This document shows positions 12,664-25,252 of a stretch of DNA of 64,000 bases, piece after piece (within the stretch, counting starts at the first letter, position 1; each line of letters begins with the position of its first letter). A model generated the notes under the pieces. The model saw only the letters and a list, made by a program, of their open reading frames with translations. It was not told where the DNA came from and made no database searches. This DNA is from the human T2T-CHM13v2.0 reference genome, Homo sapiens, in contig CP068257.2 in NCBI GenBank assembly GCA_009914755.4, positions 22,560,001-22,624,000 on the forward strand. Direction: 5' to 3'. The translations under genes and the position numbers were made by a program.

Positions 12664-12876
12664 AAAAGAAAGGGAGGGAGGAAGGAAGGAAGGAAAGGGG
12701 GAGGGAGGGACTGAGGGAAAGAGATAAAGAGAAAGAAAGAGAAGGAGGGAGAGAGAAAGAGAAAGGGAGGGAGGGAGGAAGTAAGAAAGGAAAGAAGGAA
12801 GGGAGGAAGGAGAGAAGAAGCAAGGAAAGAAAAGAGAGAAGGGGGAGGGAGGGAAGAAAGGAAGGGAGAGAAGAGG
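12664..12876. repeat. ~213-bp uninterrupted polypurine (GGAA/GA/GGGA-rich) tract; polypyrimidine on the complementary strand
   Basis: Only A and G on the + strand from aaagggagggaggaaggaaggaaggaaagggggagggaggg through ggaagggagagaagag. It contains (GGAA)4 and many mirror-symmetric GA stretches. Confidence 0.9.
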
Positions 12877-14125
12877 CCCTCAGTTATTAGTCTTATCCTC
12901 ATTCTCATATTTTAGCTGTTATATATTTGACTTGTTGATTCACTATTCATTGAAATAATCTAGCAATAATAGTATTCAACTGTGTACATGAGCTTAATAG
13001 GTGATGCAAATAAGTGAGGCTAGCAGGCCATGAAGAATTACTTTTTAATTTTATTTTTATTGTTTTCAATCCTGCTTCTTCTGTAGAGAATTTTAAGTGA
13101 CAGCAATGCTGGAAGGGACGGGAGGAGGGCAAAGATTGAAAATCCTTTTTAATGGAGACTATAGTTTCTTTGTTCTAGCTAGTTATTGCATTATGAAAAT
13201 GCAAGCCATATATAACTAGATGTTTTTTCAGAATAAGCTGGAAATGCTCTTTCTTTATTCCTAAATTGACAATATTGAAAACACTGTACAAGAAAAAACA
13301 TACCGTGTCTATAGTTTTCATCCTGCTTTTGTATCCCATTTTGTGTTCTCTGCCTTTAGAGTATTTATTTTCCAACTTACATACAGCATGGAAAATCTGT
13401 CATATATATTACGAGGTTGCCAAATAAATAGAATAACCAGGAATCTTCTGGTTGAAGTGCTGAAAGGGAAGTGAGTGTTCCCACGTCCCACACCTTTCTT
13501 TCCACCATGGGTGCCTTCAAAGAACAGAAATTCAAGGTCACAGGCCAAAAGAATTCCATGTTGTTGTTTCTAGAAAAGCCAAATGAATAAACTATTAGAG
13601 TAAACAGCTCTCAAATCAAGAGATTAAAAAAGCATTTATGTAGAAACTTGGGCATCCAGTAGCTTCAATGCTACTAGTGAACTTTCAAATACTTTAAGCT
13701 ATTTAATAGACAAACATACTTTAAAAAATATTGGGACTGTGGAATCCTATCAAAATTCTTAAAAATCACTGTGCAAAGCAGTGTAGAAGTGATATTTTGC
13801 TTTATTTTGACACTTAAGTAAGTCCCTTCATTATTTTTAGAAGACCTTGCCCTGTATTTTATAGTTTACCTTTTCTAACATGTGTTATTCCCTTTTCCAA
13901 TTTAATCATCACCACATCCTGAGGGGTAAGACAAAAATCCTTACTGACACTTCATTTTTAGCATTCTTTTTTCTCATTTGCCTTTGTCCAGGGGCACTAG
14001 AAACTTCACAATTCCCTGCACTCAATGAGAAGCTCATAGTTCCTTTTTTACTCAGCATTCACATTCAAAAAGTCTGTGCAGTTTCTATGAACTGGAAAAT
14101 TGGCTATCCTTGATTTCACTATCTT

Positions 14126-14203
14126 AGAACCGAATATATTAATTACATATTAAATAGCATGTTAACTCTTAACTGAATTTATTAATTACATATTAAATAG
14201 CAT
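14126..14203. repeat. Two tandem copies of a ~42-bp unit
   Basis: tattaattacatattaaatagcatgttaactcttaa (14126-14161) and tattaattacatattaaatagcatattaactcttac (14168-14203). Confidence 0.7.
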
Positions 14204-16160
14204 ATTAACTCTTACAAATAAATTACTGTGATTTTAGAAGCTACTGCTTATCATATTGTCTCTGCAGCCTTTTAGAGGCAATGATACTACAATCTATGTA
14301 TTAGTAACACCAATGGCAAGGATTTCAAGATGTGGCCAGCTAGAGGGCATATTGCTTAAAAGTCCAGGATTTTAGCTTACTTCAGACAGTGCTACGTAGA
14401 TGACACACAGTCAGTATAACCTGATCTTAGCTCTGAACTCCAGACAACTCCATGGAAAAGAAGCTAATGTCCTTGCTGTAACAGATCAAAAACTGCGATC
14501 TCTGAAGGATGTCTAAACCGTCACAGCAAGTCATAGGGGGAATATTCTCTTGGGTCTGTTAGCTGTTTTAATTTTAATAATTCAAGTAAATGTTAAGATT
14601 TACAGGATTGAGCTAAAACAGTTTGCTTACTGTAGCTTCTAGTGTTTCCGAATATGGAAAATATATTGTCAAAATATATTTCTTTCTTTCACATTGTAAA
14701 TTATATGGATGGCTCACCATACCATAATTTATTTGCAAACCTAATTAGTTTTTAGAATTTACATCAAATATACATTGCTTAAAAACATGGCTAGTGGATC
14801 TAACTATTTCACATAGATATTATGCCAGAAGGCATATTATAAAAAACATTTAAACACTCCAATCTGGATAACAGTGAAAAGTTTTCTACTTAAAATTTAT
14901 CTTATAATATCCTTAAATTATCTAATCTTCCATCATAAGAATGGCTTAGCTTTACTAGTTCAAGGGCTATGTAAGATAATATAAGAGGCAAGCTTCATCT
15001 TTAGTTTATATTCTTCTTCATTTGTCATTAAACATCTTATAAGCCTGCCATTTTTATCTGGCTTTAAACAGTAAGTGGAGATGTCAGAAAATACGAATAA
15101 TATATACAATTTCAGATTCAAATATTGAAAACAGAATGTCATTTTTTTCTTTTTCTCCTGTGGAATTATTATTCAGAAAACACTTCAGGTATTAGGCAAT
15201 CATCCATTAATTACTTAGTGGTTATTATTAACAAAATGCCGTTTTTTTTCCTAAAGAAACTATTGATTTTGTGAAAGCATGTTAAACGTTTAACACATCC
15301 TTTCATTCCTGGATTCAAAAGTATTTATTGAGTGTTCACTATATGCCAATCACTGACTATTGTCAAACCATGTCCGTATGAGGAGGAATGAATCACCATC
15401 CCTAACCTCAAGAAAATTATTCCCTGGTGAAGGAGACAAATATATGCACATTATAGCACAGCATTCTTGGTGCCAAAAGGAGTATGAGTGTAGTGGTATG
15501 GTTGCTCTATGAGAAAAAAATGCTGACATTTGCCTTGGGAATTACTGTTAATAATAGAATAGAAATCGGCCAGTGGGCAAAGTGGTGAAAAGCATTCCAT
15601 ATAGATTAAAGACACAAAACAATTAAAGATCATTGAGAATTCAGAGAACTGTGAGCACTTAAGTATTCCTCAGGTGCAGCATGTAAGGCTAGAAAGCTAA
15701 GTGGAGTTATATTTTAATAGCCTTGTGAGTCAAGCCACATTTTATGTTGTAGGTAATAGCAGGCCATTACACTAGTGACTCCTAATCTAGAGTGTGCATT
15801 TATTTACCTTCTAAGTTGAGAGAGAGAGAGAGATAAAACACCTAAATTGAGATTCTACTTTAGTAAGGCTGGAATAGTAGTGTTTGGGAACCAGTATTGA
15901 TCATTATCATTATTATTTTAATAACCTTCATCAGGGGTCCTGACTTGGGCTGCTGGCTAAAACTCACATCATTTAAGGGTTTTATGACAAGGGAGTAGCA
16001 TAATTAGATGCTTATTTTATAAAGCTTATTTTGGTATCTGTATCAACAATGTATCATAGGGGAAGTAAGCATAAAGACCAAAAGACCAAATAGAAAGCTA
16101 TTGTACCTGTACAGGTGAGAAGTTATAAGTATCAATCAAAGTCTATGAACAGGAATTGGA

Positions 16161-16497
16161 GGATGGGTGTGGTGGCTCAGGCCTGTAATCCCAGCACTTT
16201 GGGAGGCAGAGGCAGGCAGATCACGTGAGGTCGGGAGTTTGAGACCAGCCTGAAAAACATGGTGAAACCCCGTCTCTACTAAAAATACAAAAGTTAGCCG
16301 GGCATGGTGGTGCACGCCTGTAATTCCAGCTACTTTGGAAGCTGAGTCAGGAGAATCGCTTGAATCTGGGAAGCGGAGGTTGCAGGAGAACCGCTTGAAC
16401 CTGGGGACTGGAGGTTGCAGTGAGCCAAGATTGCACCATTGCACTCCAGCCTTGGCAACAAGAGCAAACTCCATCTCAAAAAAAAAAAAAAAAAAAG
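16161..16497 (+). mobile_element. Alu SINE (sense) with a 20-nt poly-A tail and an internal 35-bp tandem duplication
   Basis: ggatgggtgtggtggctcaggcctgtaatcccagcactttgggaggc...gcactccagccttggcaacaagagcaaactccatctc(a)20. gagaatcgcttgaatctgggaagcggaggttgcag (16351-16385) is immediately repeated as gagaaccgcttgaacctggggactggaggttgcag (16386-16420). Confidence 0.9.
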
Positions 16498-16529
16498 AAT
16501 TGAAAATTAAGGAGGCTCACAAAGATAGT

Positions 16530-16700
16530 ACCTATTTTTTATACATATATATATTCCCATTTATAAATATATATAATATATATTTATATATTTATTTTCT
16601 GACACACATATATTACATATATGTAATTTCTGACGCATATATATTATATATAGTATATATTATATATATAATATGTGTAAATATATATATTTACAAATGG
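16530..16700. repeat. AT-rich low-complexity / (TA)n-(TATATG)n simple repeat adjacent to the Alu tail
   Basis: tatacatatatatattcccatttataaatatatataatatatatttatatatttatttt...atatattatatatagtatatattatatatataatatgtgtaaatatatatatttac. Confidence 0.8.
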
Positions 16701-17185
16701 GAATGTGTGAGAGTGCTTATTTAAGGCAATTCTAAATTTCTGATAGAGACAGCTGGAAAATTAAGTGTACAATAAATTTAACTTGGAAATCATTCATTAA
16801 TTAGAAGTTGGCATTTTAAAAGACCTCGTTTCTGTTATATACTACATGTGTGTGTTTGACACCAGTTATAAATAGAAATTATTAACTAGAGGTTTTATTT
16901 GAAAAATAAAAGGAGTCTGAAGTCCCAAAACAATTAATAATTATCTGATATTCAATTATATTGTTTATTTGGTGAAATCTAGATTCTTCTATCAGCATGA
17001 CTCACTGTATTGGACAGTCATTTGATTGAGTACAGGATCTGATACCAGGTTAGAGAACAAGGAGGAAAACAGAACTGTTAGTAATAGCATCTGTCCTAAC
17101 TACTTAATGGGAAAAGACACAGATTCGCAGCCTGTTTATTAATGACATACATGTAGTCTATCTTCAAGAACTCAAGAACTGAGGG

Positions 17186-17350
17186 TCAGATGTGGTGGTC
17201 TGCACCTGCAGTCCTAGCTGCTAGGGATGCTGAGGCAGGAGGATGGCTTGTGCCCAGGAGATGGAGGCTACAGTGAGTTGTGATTGTGCCACTGACTGAA
17301 GCCTGAGTGAGAGAGCAAGGTTCTGTCTCTTACGACAACAACAACAATAA
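17186..17350 (+). mobile_element. Free right Alu monomer-like fragment (FRAM / right-arm-only Alu) with a (CAA)n tail
   Basis: cagatgtggtggtctgcacctgcagtcctagctgctagggatgctgaggcaggaggatggcttgtgcccaggagatggaggctacagtgagttgtgattgtgccactg...gagcaaggttctgtctc, followed by ttacgacaacaacaacaataaag. Confidence 0.55.
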
Positions 17351-20300
17351 AGAACTAAGAAATTGTAATCTGGTGAGGTAGCCATTTCCGTTTGAGGAAG
17401 GGAGTGCTTGGGAATCCCATCATCCACAGCCAGTATTACCTAATATAACTCTTTTCACAATAACTCTTCTAGATAATCTCTGGGCAGTGGCTTGCTCATC
17501 AAGAGCCAGCATTCTTGCCATGGCTGATGTTTCTCCAATCTCTACCAAAGGCTTTTCCATTATTTTACTGTTCTTAAATCTATATTTTACTTCAGTAAGC
17601 TAAGGCTTTTCAAATACGAATCTAATTGGCTAAATAATTGCCTCCCTAGTCAATTCTTACTTGTTCTATCCCAAGGAGATAAATGTGATTTAAAATATCA
17701 TAGAGTGCAAATACTAAGAAATACATTTCAGAATAATTCCATATAGTCTCTTTGCCTTTTGTAACACTTTTTTTCACTCTCCTAGGAAACTTCTTTTTTT
17801 ACAAATAAGAGGCATACTTCTTTTTCCTTTTTCTACTGTGGTGTTAAATATAATGGGGTTGGATGCAAAATATATAAATAAAATATTTTTTCCTGTTATT
17901 ATTGCTTCATAAAATTCTAATATGTTATTATACCTAAAAGTCAGTTTTCTAATGGTAGTATGTTATGTAGTTTAGATATGCTGAATGAAAACTTAAGATG
18001 ATATATACATTATTCAGTGTATGGGATTTAAAAACATGCCATGTCTAAATAATTTAGAAGCCTCATTCTTGTAGCGTTTTGAATTAAAATATAAGAAACA
18101 TCCCCAACATAATTTAATAGTGCATTTTTAAATTCAAGATCTAAATTCAACAAAAGTTAGAAAAATATAAAAAAGATTTCTATTAAAAAGTAGACTAACC
18201 AGTTAATAATCCAGAAGGGTAATTCTAACATCAATCAATTAAAAATAGTATTCTCCATGAATCATATCTAGGTCATTTTCCTCCAAAAATTTCATATATA
18301 TATGTATTTGTGTGTATATATATAATAAATTTGTGTATATATATAATATATTTGTGTATTGTATATGTTTTTATATACACCAAACTTTGCATAGCAAAAA
18401 TTTTAAAATATGCAGTGTGTACACATTTTTCCTAATGCCTGAAGGCACTGAGATAGAAACCTCACATTACCCATAGATTTATCTTTCTATGATGAATTAT
18501 TGACTATCACAGATTTGCGTTAAACATGGGAAAATCTAAAACAAGATTCATAACAATGCCACATACTTACTGCATTTTTGCTACAGTAAGTTTAATGAAT
18601 GAATCTCAGACTCTCTGCAGGAGGCAAGTGTTTCAACTCCTCCATGTCTTTCTGAGAATGGCTTAATCTCAATAAAAGAACCAAATTGCAGGCAGGCACA
18701 TCTGGCATGAAACAACACATGCACTACAGCCCTCAGTACAGTAAATCACTTCACACTGGGCACTGGCATGAGTCAGGTGTTGACAAGAGTTCTTGCAAAG
18801 CGTATACTAATACAATGAACAGTTATTATCAGAGTTAGATAATCTTCAGACATATAAGCAGTATGCACGAGAAGTATTACTGCTAACTTTCATTGATGTT
18901 GCAATGTCTACAAAAACTGTAATCAAGTTAAAGCTGTTCACACCCTCCCCTAAAAGTGTATCTTTTAAGTCTTCTTTACAATTGTTGTGTTGTATTCCAG
19001 GATTCTAGATCTCACGTCTAATTTTGGACAGATTTTAGTTCATTATACAAAGCATTAATGTGAATTGCTTCTGTGTTCCCTTGATTTATAATACATGGCT
19101 TTATATTAACAGATGTAGAGAACTCTGAAAATCAAACAAGGCAAAAATAATATATGGAACTTGGTGGATTTAGTTGGGGAAAAGTACGTATGTTTCTGTT
19201 TTTTATTTGCAATATACACATAATGTTTCTAACTTACCTGTATCAGTTGACTCTAGTTGTCTTCCAGCCTGCCCATCTCAACAATTGTATTATATATATT
19301 CTTATCCTAAAGTAATTATATTCTATTTTTATCCTAAAATATATTCTATATCGAATACATTCTTTATCTCTATCTAAAATATATTCTTATCCTAAAATAA
19401 TTAACACATAGTGTAAACAAAATGTTTACAGTGCTGTAAAAATGTGAGAATCAGAAGTGTTTTAAAATTATGTTCAATGTTTTATCAATATGCCACTATT
19501 TTAAAAGTATCATTTATATTTGTATTATATTTTATATGTATTTACAAGACCACACAAAGTGAAGAGTGTTTTGAATGGATCCCAAATAATTATTTTAAAA
19601 CTTTTGTTTTTATGCTTAAATAGACAAATCAGAACACATGTTATTTGGTCAAATATATAATAGGACACATGTAATTACTAAAGTAAACAGGGCTTTAGAA
19701 ATCTTATTTTTTTTTTCCTTTTGTAGCTAATGCCTGGATTCAGTATTTCAAAACTTTGGGAAAATTGTTTAATTTTACATAATATACTTGGAAATACTTG
19801 TAATATAATAGTAAATACCTGTAAGAGCTAGTTTCCTGTTTTTGTATTCATGACAATCGCTGCTTAGTATCATAGTTGTTATGAAAAATGCAACACATTT
19901 TTGTTTCTTCTTTATTATTAATGTATTTAACACTATAGAGTTTTGAGTTGAACACAAACCAGTAACTTTGAAAGAATGTAAATATAACAGAACAACAAAA
20001 TGCCTTAAACATAAGCTTTATAAAGTCAAACTGGTGATAACATTCTGTATTTGTTTTTTACCCACATCACCTTCTAAGGAAAACCATTCATTATTCTCTC
20101 CCCTATTCTACATGGGCAGCATCCTCAATGGCCAATTTTATATCATTTAATCCATATCTTCTCTTTTATGGTCATAATGATCAGACCAGAAAGTGGATAC
20201 ATTACTAAGTTTATGGACATATTGAAAATGTATTGAAAATGCTGTCATCATTAGATAAAAGATACCATGTATGTGGATTTTCGTACTTAACGATTTATAC

Positions 20301-22483
20301 TAAGAACATGTGAGGAATTTGCCTCCCAGTGGTGCAGAATCTTCTGCAGAGTCATGAGTTAGAAAAATAAAGACAATTATGGAGCATATGTCCCTGCAGG
20401 GTGGGAAACCACCTTGCCACCTGTTTGGTTTCTGAGTGGCGTTGGCATTTTGAGGTCAGGGATGTCAAATGAGGGTAGGTTGAACAGAGCGGCTTCAAAG
20501 AGAAATTTTTCTGGTACAATCAGTGAAACAACTGCTGCCTAGATAAACTCTATTCCTTATGAGTGATCTAATGCTATAAAGATTGATACAGTCACATCCA
20601 GTTAAATTTGATGATCATTAGTTTGCGCTGAAGTAAATCCAAAGTGACCCACTGCTCATCAGACCAACTTAAGGTCTCAGAACAAAAAATGCCAGCCTCA
20701 GGTATAAGTGAAATTCTATGGAGAAGCATCGTCTTACAGAGTAGCTCTCCGGCAGGCAGAATCCTAAAAAATCAGATGTGTTATCTAAAGAACTTAATAT
20801 ACTGTAACACACACACACACACACCAAAAACAAATGAATAAACAAAATGGAAGAAAACAAGAGAGGGAGGAAGGAAGGAAAAAGAGAGAAAGCCCATGTA
20901 ACTGACTGCTTTACTACATACTTTATCTTGACAGATGGTTATTTTAGAGAGACGGCCAGAGCTTTGTGCTGTAAGCTGTCCTTTATCTCCTTCCCTAAAA
21001 AGGAACTGCTTCTGCAGTCTTGCTGCTCTTTTCTAATTATTTCATATGGTAGTGTTATTGGTGTTAACATTCGCTATTTATTTCATAGGCTGCCAATAAT
21101 TAGAAAAGATGTCTAAATATAACTCATGTGAGCTACGAAACTATGAACTATGAAAATGGTGAATATGACTTGAACTTCTGGGGCTCTAAAATTTAAAACA
21201 CTTCAAATGGCTGTGACACTTTATATCCGTATATATTCCTCACTTTTTCTTGAAAAAGGGATATGTATGTCTTTGGTGGTATGCATGGCGGTGAGATCAA
21301 CATTTAGGTAGAAGTATATTGGTAATTAGAAAATAAAAGTGTACATAATAATGATTAAAAGTTAAAATGTTTTGAATTAATCTCAACCTCATTCATACAC
21401 CTCCCTAATGTAAAGTTTTTGAGCCCCTACTCCTTTAACTAGATAGTCACAGTTTTAAACATGTCATCCTAGCACCAGAATAAACAATAAAGGGCAATCA
21501 ATCTGAAGACTACCCAATCATATATATGGACTCTGTCACCTTTCTTACAAAATGATATAGCTTAATTATTCACAATGTTTTTTCCAAACTAAGAAACAGA
21601 TATATTATGGCAGTGTGTTGCTGGAGTTATAGCAAACAGACTATGAGGATGCAGTGAAAGCAGAATGCCCTGATGAGCCAGGTGCAAATTAAAGCAATGT
21701 GGGGAAAGTGTTGTGCAGTGAGGCACAAAAGCTGAAAGTGAACTAAGTTGTGAAAAGAAAAAAGAGCATGCGGGTTATAGCTGGGTCATGCAGACCAAGA
21801 AAAACGGAATTTCATGGGTTCTGGTTGTCCAGTTGCTATAGTTGCTTTGAAAACCAGAAGTAGCTGCACTGTTAATCTCTATGAGGCCAGGCTCACTATG
21901 AGTAATGTTCTGGAATAGGCATAAGAGCTGCCTCTTCCTTATTTAGCATTATGCAATCCAAACAACAAAACCTGTTAGTCACTATTTCTTGAAACTAAAA
22001 AATAATAGTAATAAGTAAATAAAAGCAAATTGAGGCAAGTATGCTGTAGAGTGAATTCACAACTGATTTATGATTATTAGTAGGTAGGAAACAAATCAAT
22101 GAGACAGTGATATTTGAGATGAGTCAAGTAAAGATGGTAGAGATAGTCAAGGCAAAGAAAACAGTCCAAGTAAATTTATATAGCATTCTGAAGTTTAGGG
22201 AATTAAAATTACTTTAGTGTAGCTGAGGTACAAAGTTCTAGATACAGCTATTTGAAAGATGTGCTTAGAGATAGAACCAGGGGTCAGATGATGGAGGGGA
22301 TTATATTCCATTCTCTGGAGTTTGTATTTGATGTCTAAAGTAGGGATTATTCACATCTCATACAGGCAAGTGATCTGTCTAAATATGCACTGGAGAAAGA
22401 CACTTTGAAGAGCCCAGTGAAAAATCCAGAAAGGTCACTCTATTCTCTTATAGTACTCCAGGTTATAGATGGATATATTAGGT

Positions 22484-22545
22484 AGGTGCAAAAGTAATTG
22501 CAGTTTTTTGCCATTAAATGTAATGGCAAAAGAAGTTAGAATTAG
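22484..22545 (+). mobile_element. MADE1 (Hsmar1 mariner-derived MITE) half-element
   Basis: ttaggtaggtgcaaaagtaattgcagttttttgccattaaatgtaatggcaaaag matches the first ~55 bp of the 80-bp MADE1 consensus (ttaggttggtgcaaaagtaattgcggtttttgccattaaaagtaatggcaaaa). The second inverted half is missing. Confidence 0.6.
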
Positions 22546-25127
22546 CAGACTGAGTAACTGGCTAGATGTGAGAAGTAGAGTAAATAGCGGGCCTAGAATG
22601 ATATTCAGGTTTTGCAGTTGACTGAATAGAGCGGCTGTGCTCAAAGATTGCGAGTAGAGAAAATTTGTTTGGGAGGGAACCAGGTCAAGCAGTAACAGGT
22701 ATGAGTTTGGCCATGTTCCAGTTGTGGTGCAATACACTTAATTCCAAGTGGAATTAAGCTCAGTTACAGCAAACGTTCTGCTTGGCATTTCCACTGAGAT
22801 ATCTGATACACATCACCATACCCTGTTCACAGCTGAATCCTCATTCTGCTTATTTTCTCATTACCCTAAATGGATATAATATCCATGCAAATAAGGGCTG
22901 CATTTGCTTTGTGGACCACTCTATTATCTGCCAAGCATTGTACCAAAGCCCCAAATATCCATATAATAAATCTTTAAATGATAAGTGCATAAAAGAGATA
23001 AAGGCTGAAATTAGAAAGTTGATTGTCACCAGGCTAGAGATGGAAGCTAAAACTTTAGGTGTAAATGAGATTGTTCAGGAATTAAGAATAGTGTGTTCTG
23101 TCTATGTAAAAAATAATATTGTTACATTTCTTTTCCTCCTAGAATACCTGGAATGTAAATCCTAAAGTTAAGGATTCATGAGAATAGGATATTGAAACAT
23201 GTATCTAATGAGCATCAGACAGTGTGCTAGCCACTTTACATATATATGACCCTCACATAAGGTCTCCAAGAGCCTCATCATGTTTTCTTTGATTAATTCA
23301 TACAAATTTTAGAAAAAAATCAGTATTAAAACTTGAATGTATTAATATAAATTTTCTTACAGGACAATGGAAATATATCACATGCAAGTATACAATCTGC
23401 ACCTGATTCAAAAAATAGCTACATCTATTTCAGCAAAAGAGTAAAATAATTTGTTTTGGGAAAGGTTTTGTTTTTAAGTACATTAAGCACTAAAATTTAC
23501 ATCATGTTAAATTTACATGTTTTGCATAAGCCTGGGTTTGACTAGCAATAAAAAACAAAATCCTGCTGTTACAATATCTGAAAAACAATTGTCATAAGAA
23601 AATTTGTAACTGATATTCATGCTTCCATTGCAAAGACATCACTAACAGAATGCAAAGCTGATAGCATAGCTGTATCTCGTATTCAGTTTTGTTCTTGTGA
23701 TATATGATGCTACCTTGCTATGAATCATACTGTGACTCAGACATTACCAATGTGACTACTATTTAGTTTTATATAAGGCTGTATTTTTTTTTCCTTCTAG
23801 TTTTGGTGTGGCCTTTATTTTGCTTATGGCATCCTTTTTTCTAGCTTTACTGAAGTATAATTAAAAAGTAAAGAAATTGTACATATTTTAAGTTGTATCA
23901 AATGATTTGGTATACTTTTACATTGTGAAATGGCTACCACAATCAAACTAATAAGTACATCTATCACCTCACGTACTTTAACTTTTTGTGTGTGTGCCTG
24001 TTGTGAGAACACTCGAGAGCCATTCGCTTAGCAAATTTCATATATAAAATGCATTATTAATTAACTATAGTGACCATAATATACATTAGATTCTCCAAAC
24101 TGATTCGTCTTATTACTGAAATTTTGTACTGTTTGAGCAAAATCTCCCAGTTTCCCGCACACCTTGGCCACTGGCAACACCATTCTGTTTGTGAGTCTGA
24201 CTATTTTAGATTCGATACATAAGTGAGCTCATACAATGTTTATCTTTTTCTGTCTGACTTATTTCGCTTAGCATAACTTTCTCCAGTTTAATCCACCTTG
24301 TCATAAATTACAGGATTTTCTTCATTTTAAATGGTGAATAATACTCCACTGTGCATGCGCGCACACGAGTGTGTGTGTGTACAATTTTAACAATGTATTC
24401 ATACATGGACAGACATGTTTCCATATTTTGGCTGTGGTAAATAAAGAAAATGGTAGTGCACATAACTCATCTTGTTACTAATTTCTTTGCCTTTGGATAT
24501 ATACCTGGAAAGTGTATTGCTGGATTATATGAATATTCTATTCTTAATTTTTTTGAGGAAACTCAATACTGTTTTTCATAATAACTGTGATAATTTACAT
24601 TTCCAACAGCAGTGTATAAGGGTTCTCTTTTCTCCACACTCTTGACAATATTTGTAACTTTTTTTCTTTTTGATAATAATCCTAACAGGTGTGAGGTGAT
24701 ATCTTATGCTTTTGATTTGCATTTCCCTGATGATTAGTGATGTTGAGCAACATTTCTTGTATTTGTTGGTTATTTGTATGTCTTCTTTGAAAAAAATGTC
24801 AACTCAGGTCCTTTGCCTTTTTTTTTTTAATTTCATCACCTCAAATATTTATCATTTCTGTGTTGTGAAAACATTTAAAATCCTCTGTTTTACTACTTTG
24901 AAATATATAAGACCTCATTATTAACCATAGTCACCATGTTTTCCAATACATACCAGAACGTACTACTTACATGTAACTGAAACTCTGTGCCCATTGACCA
25001 ATGTGTCCCTTTTCTACATCTACCTTCACTGCTGGCACCCCACACCATTTTCAATCACGTAAATTACTTTATCACTGTTGAGTTTTATGTCTGTCTTATA
25101 TATTTTAAATATTAGCTCCTTATCATG

Positions 25128-25252
25128 GTTTACCCCTATTGTATGGTTTATTTTGTCTCTATTATATGTTATATTTGCCCCTTATTATATGGTTTGCTCC
25201 TATTATATGGTTTATAATATATTAGCCCTGATATATGGTTTGAAAACACTTT
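25128..25252. repeat. Short minisatellite (~5 imperfect copies of a ~22-25-bp unit) embedded in the antisense L1
   Basis: cccctattgtatggtttattttgtctctattatatgttatatttg / ccccttattatatggtttgct / cctattatatggtttataatatattag / ccctgatatatggtttgaaa. There is a recurring ccYYattatatggttt core. Confidence 0.6.

Noticed and set aside
13480-13570. Strong Kozak-like start ttccaccATGGgtgcc opening a short ORF (MGAFKEQKFKVTGQKNSMLLFLEKPNE*)
   Set aside because: It is only 27 codons with no downstream splice donor or supporting features. ccaccATGG occurs by chance in a 64-kb window, and there is no evidence of an exon.
16136-16474. ORFs of 60-113 aa overlapping Alu elements (e.g. 16136..16474, 43745..44121, 44563..44757, 46274..46462, 50109..50327, 50984..51178)
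   Set aside because: Each coincides exactly with an Alu body. Alu sequences routinely give 60-120-codon open frames, and these are not protein-coding genes.
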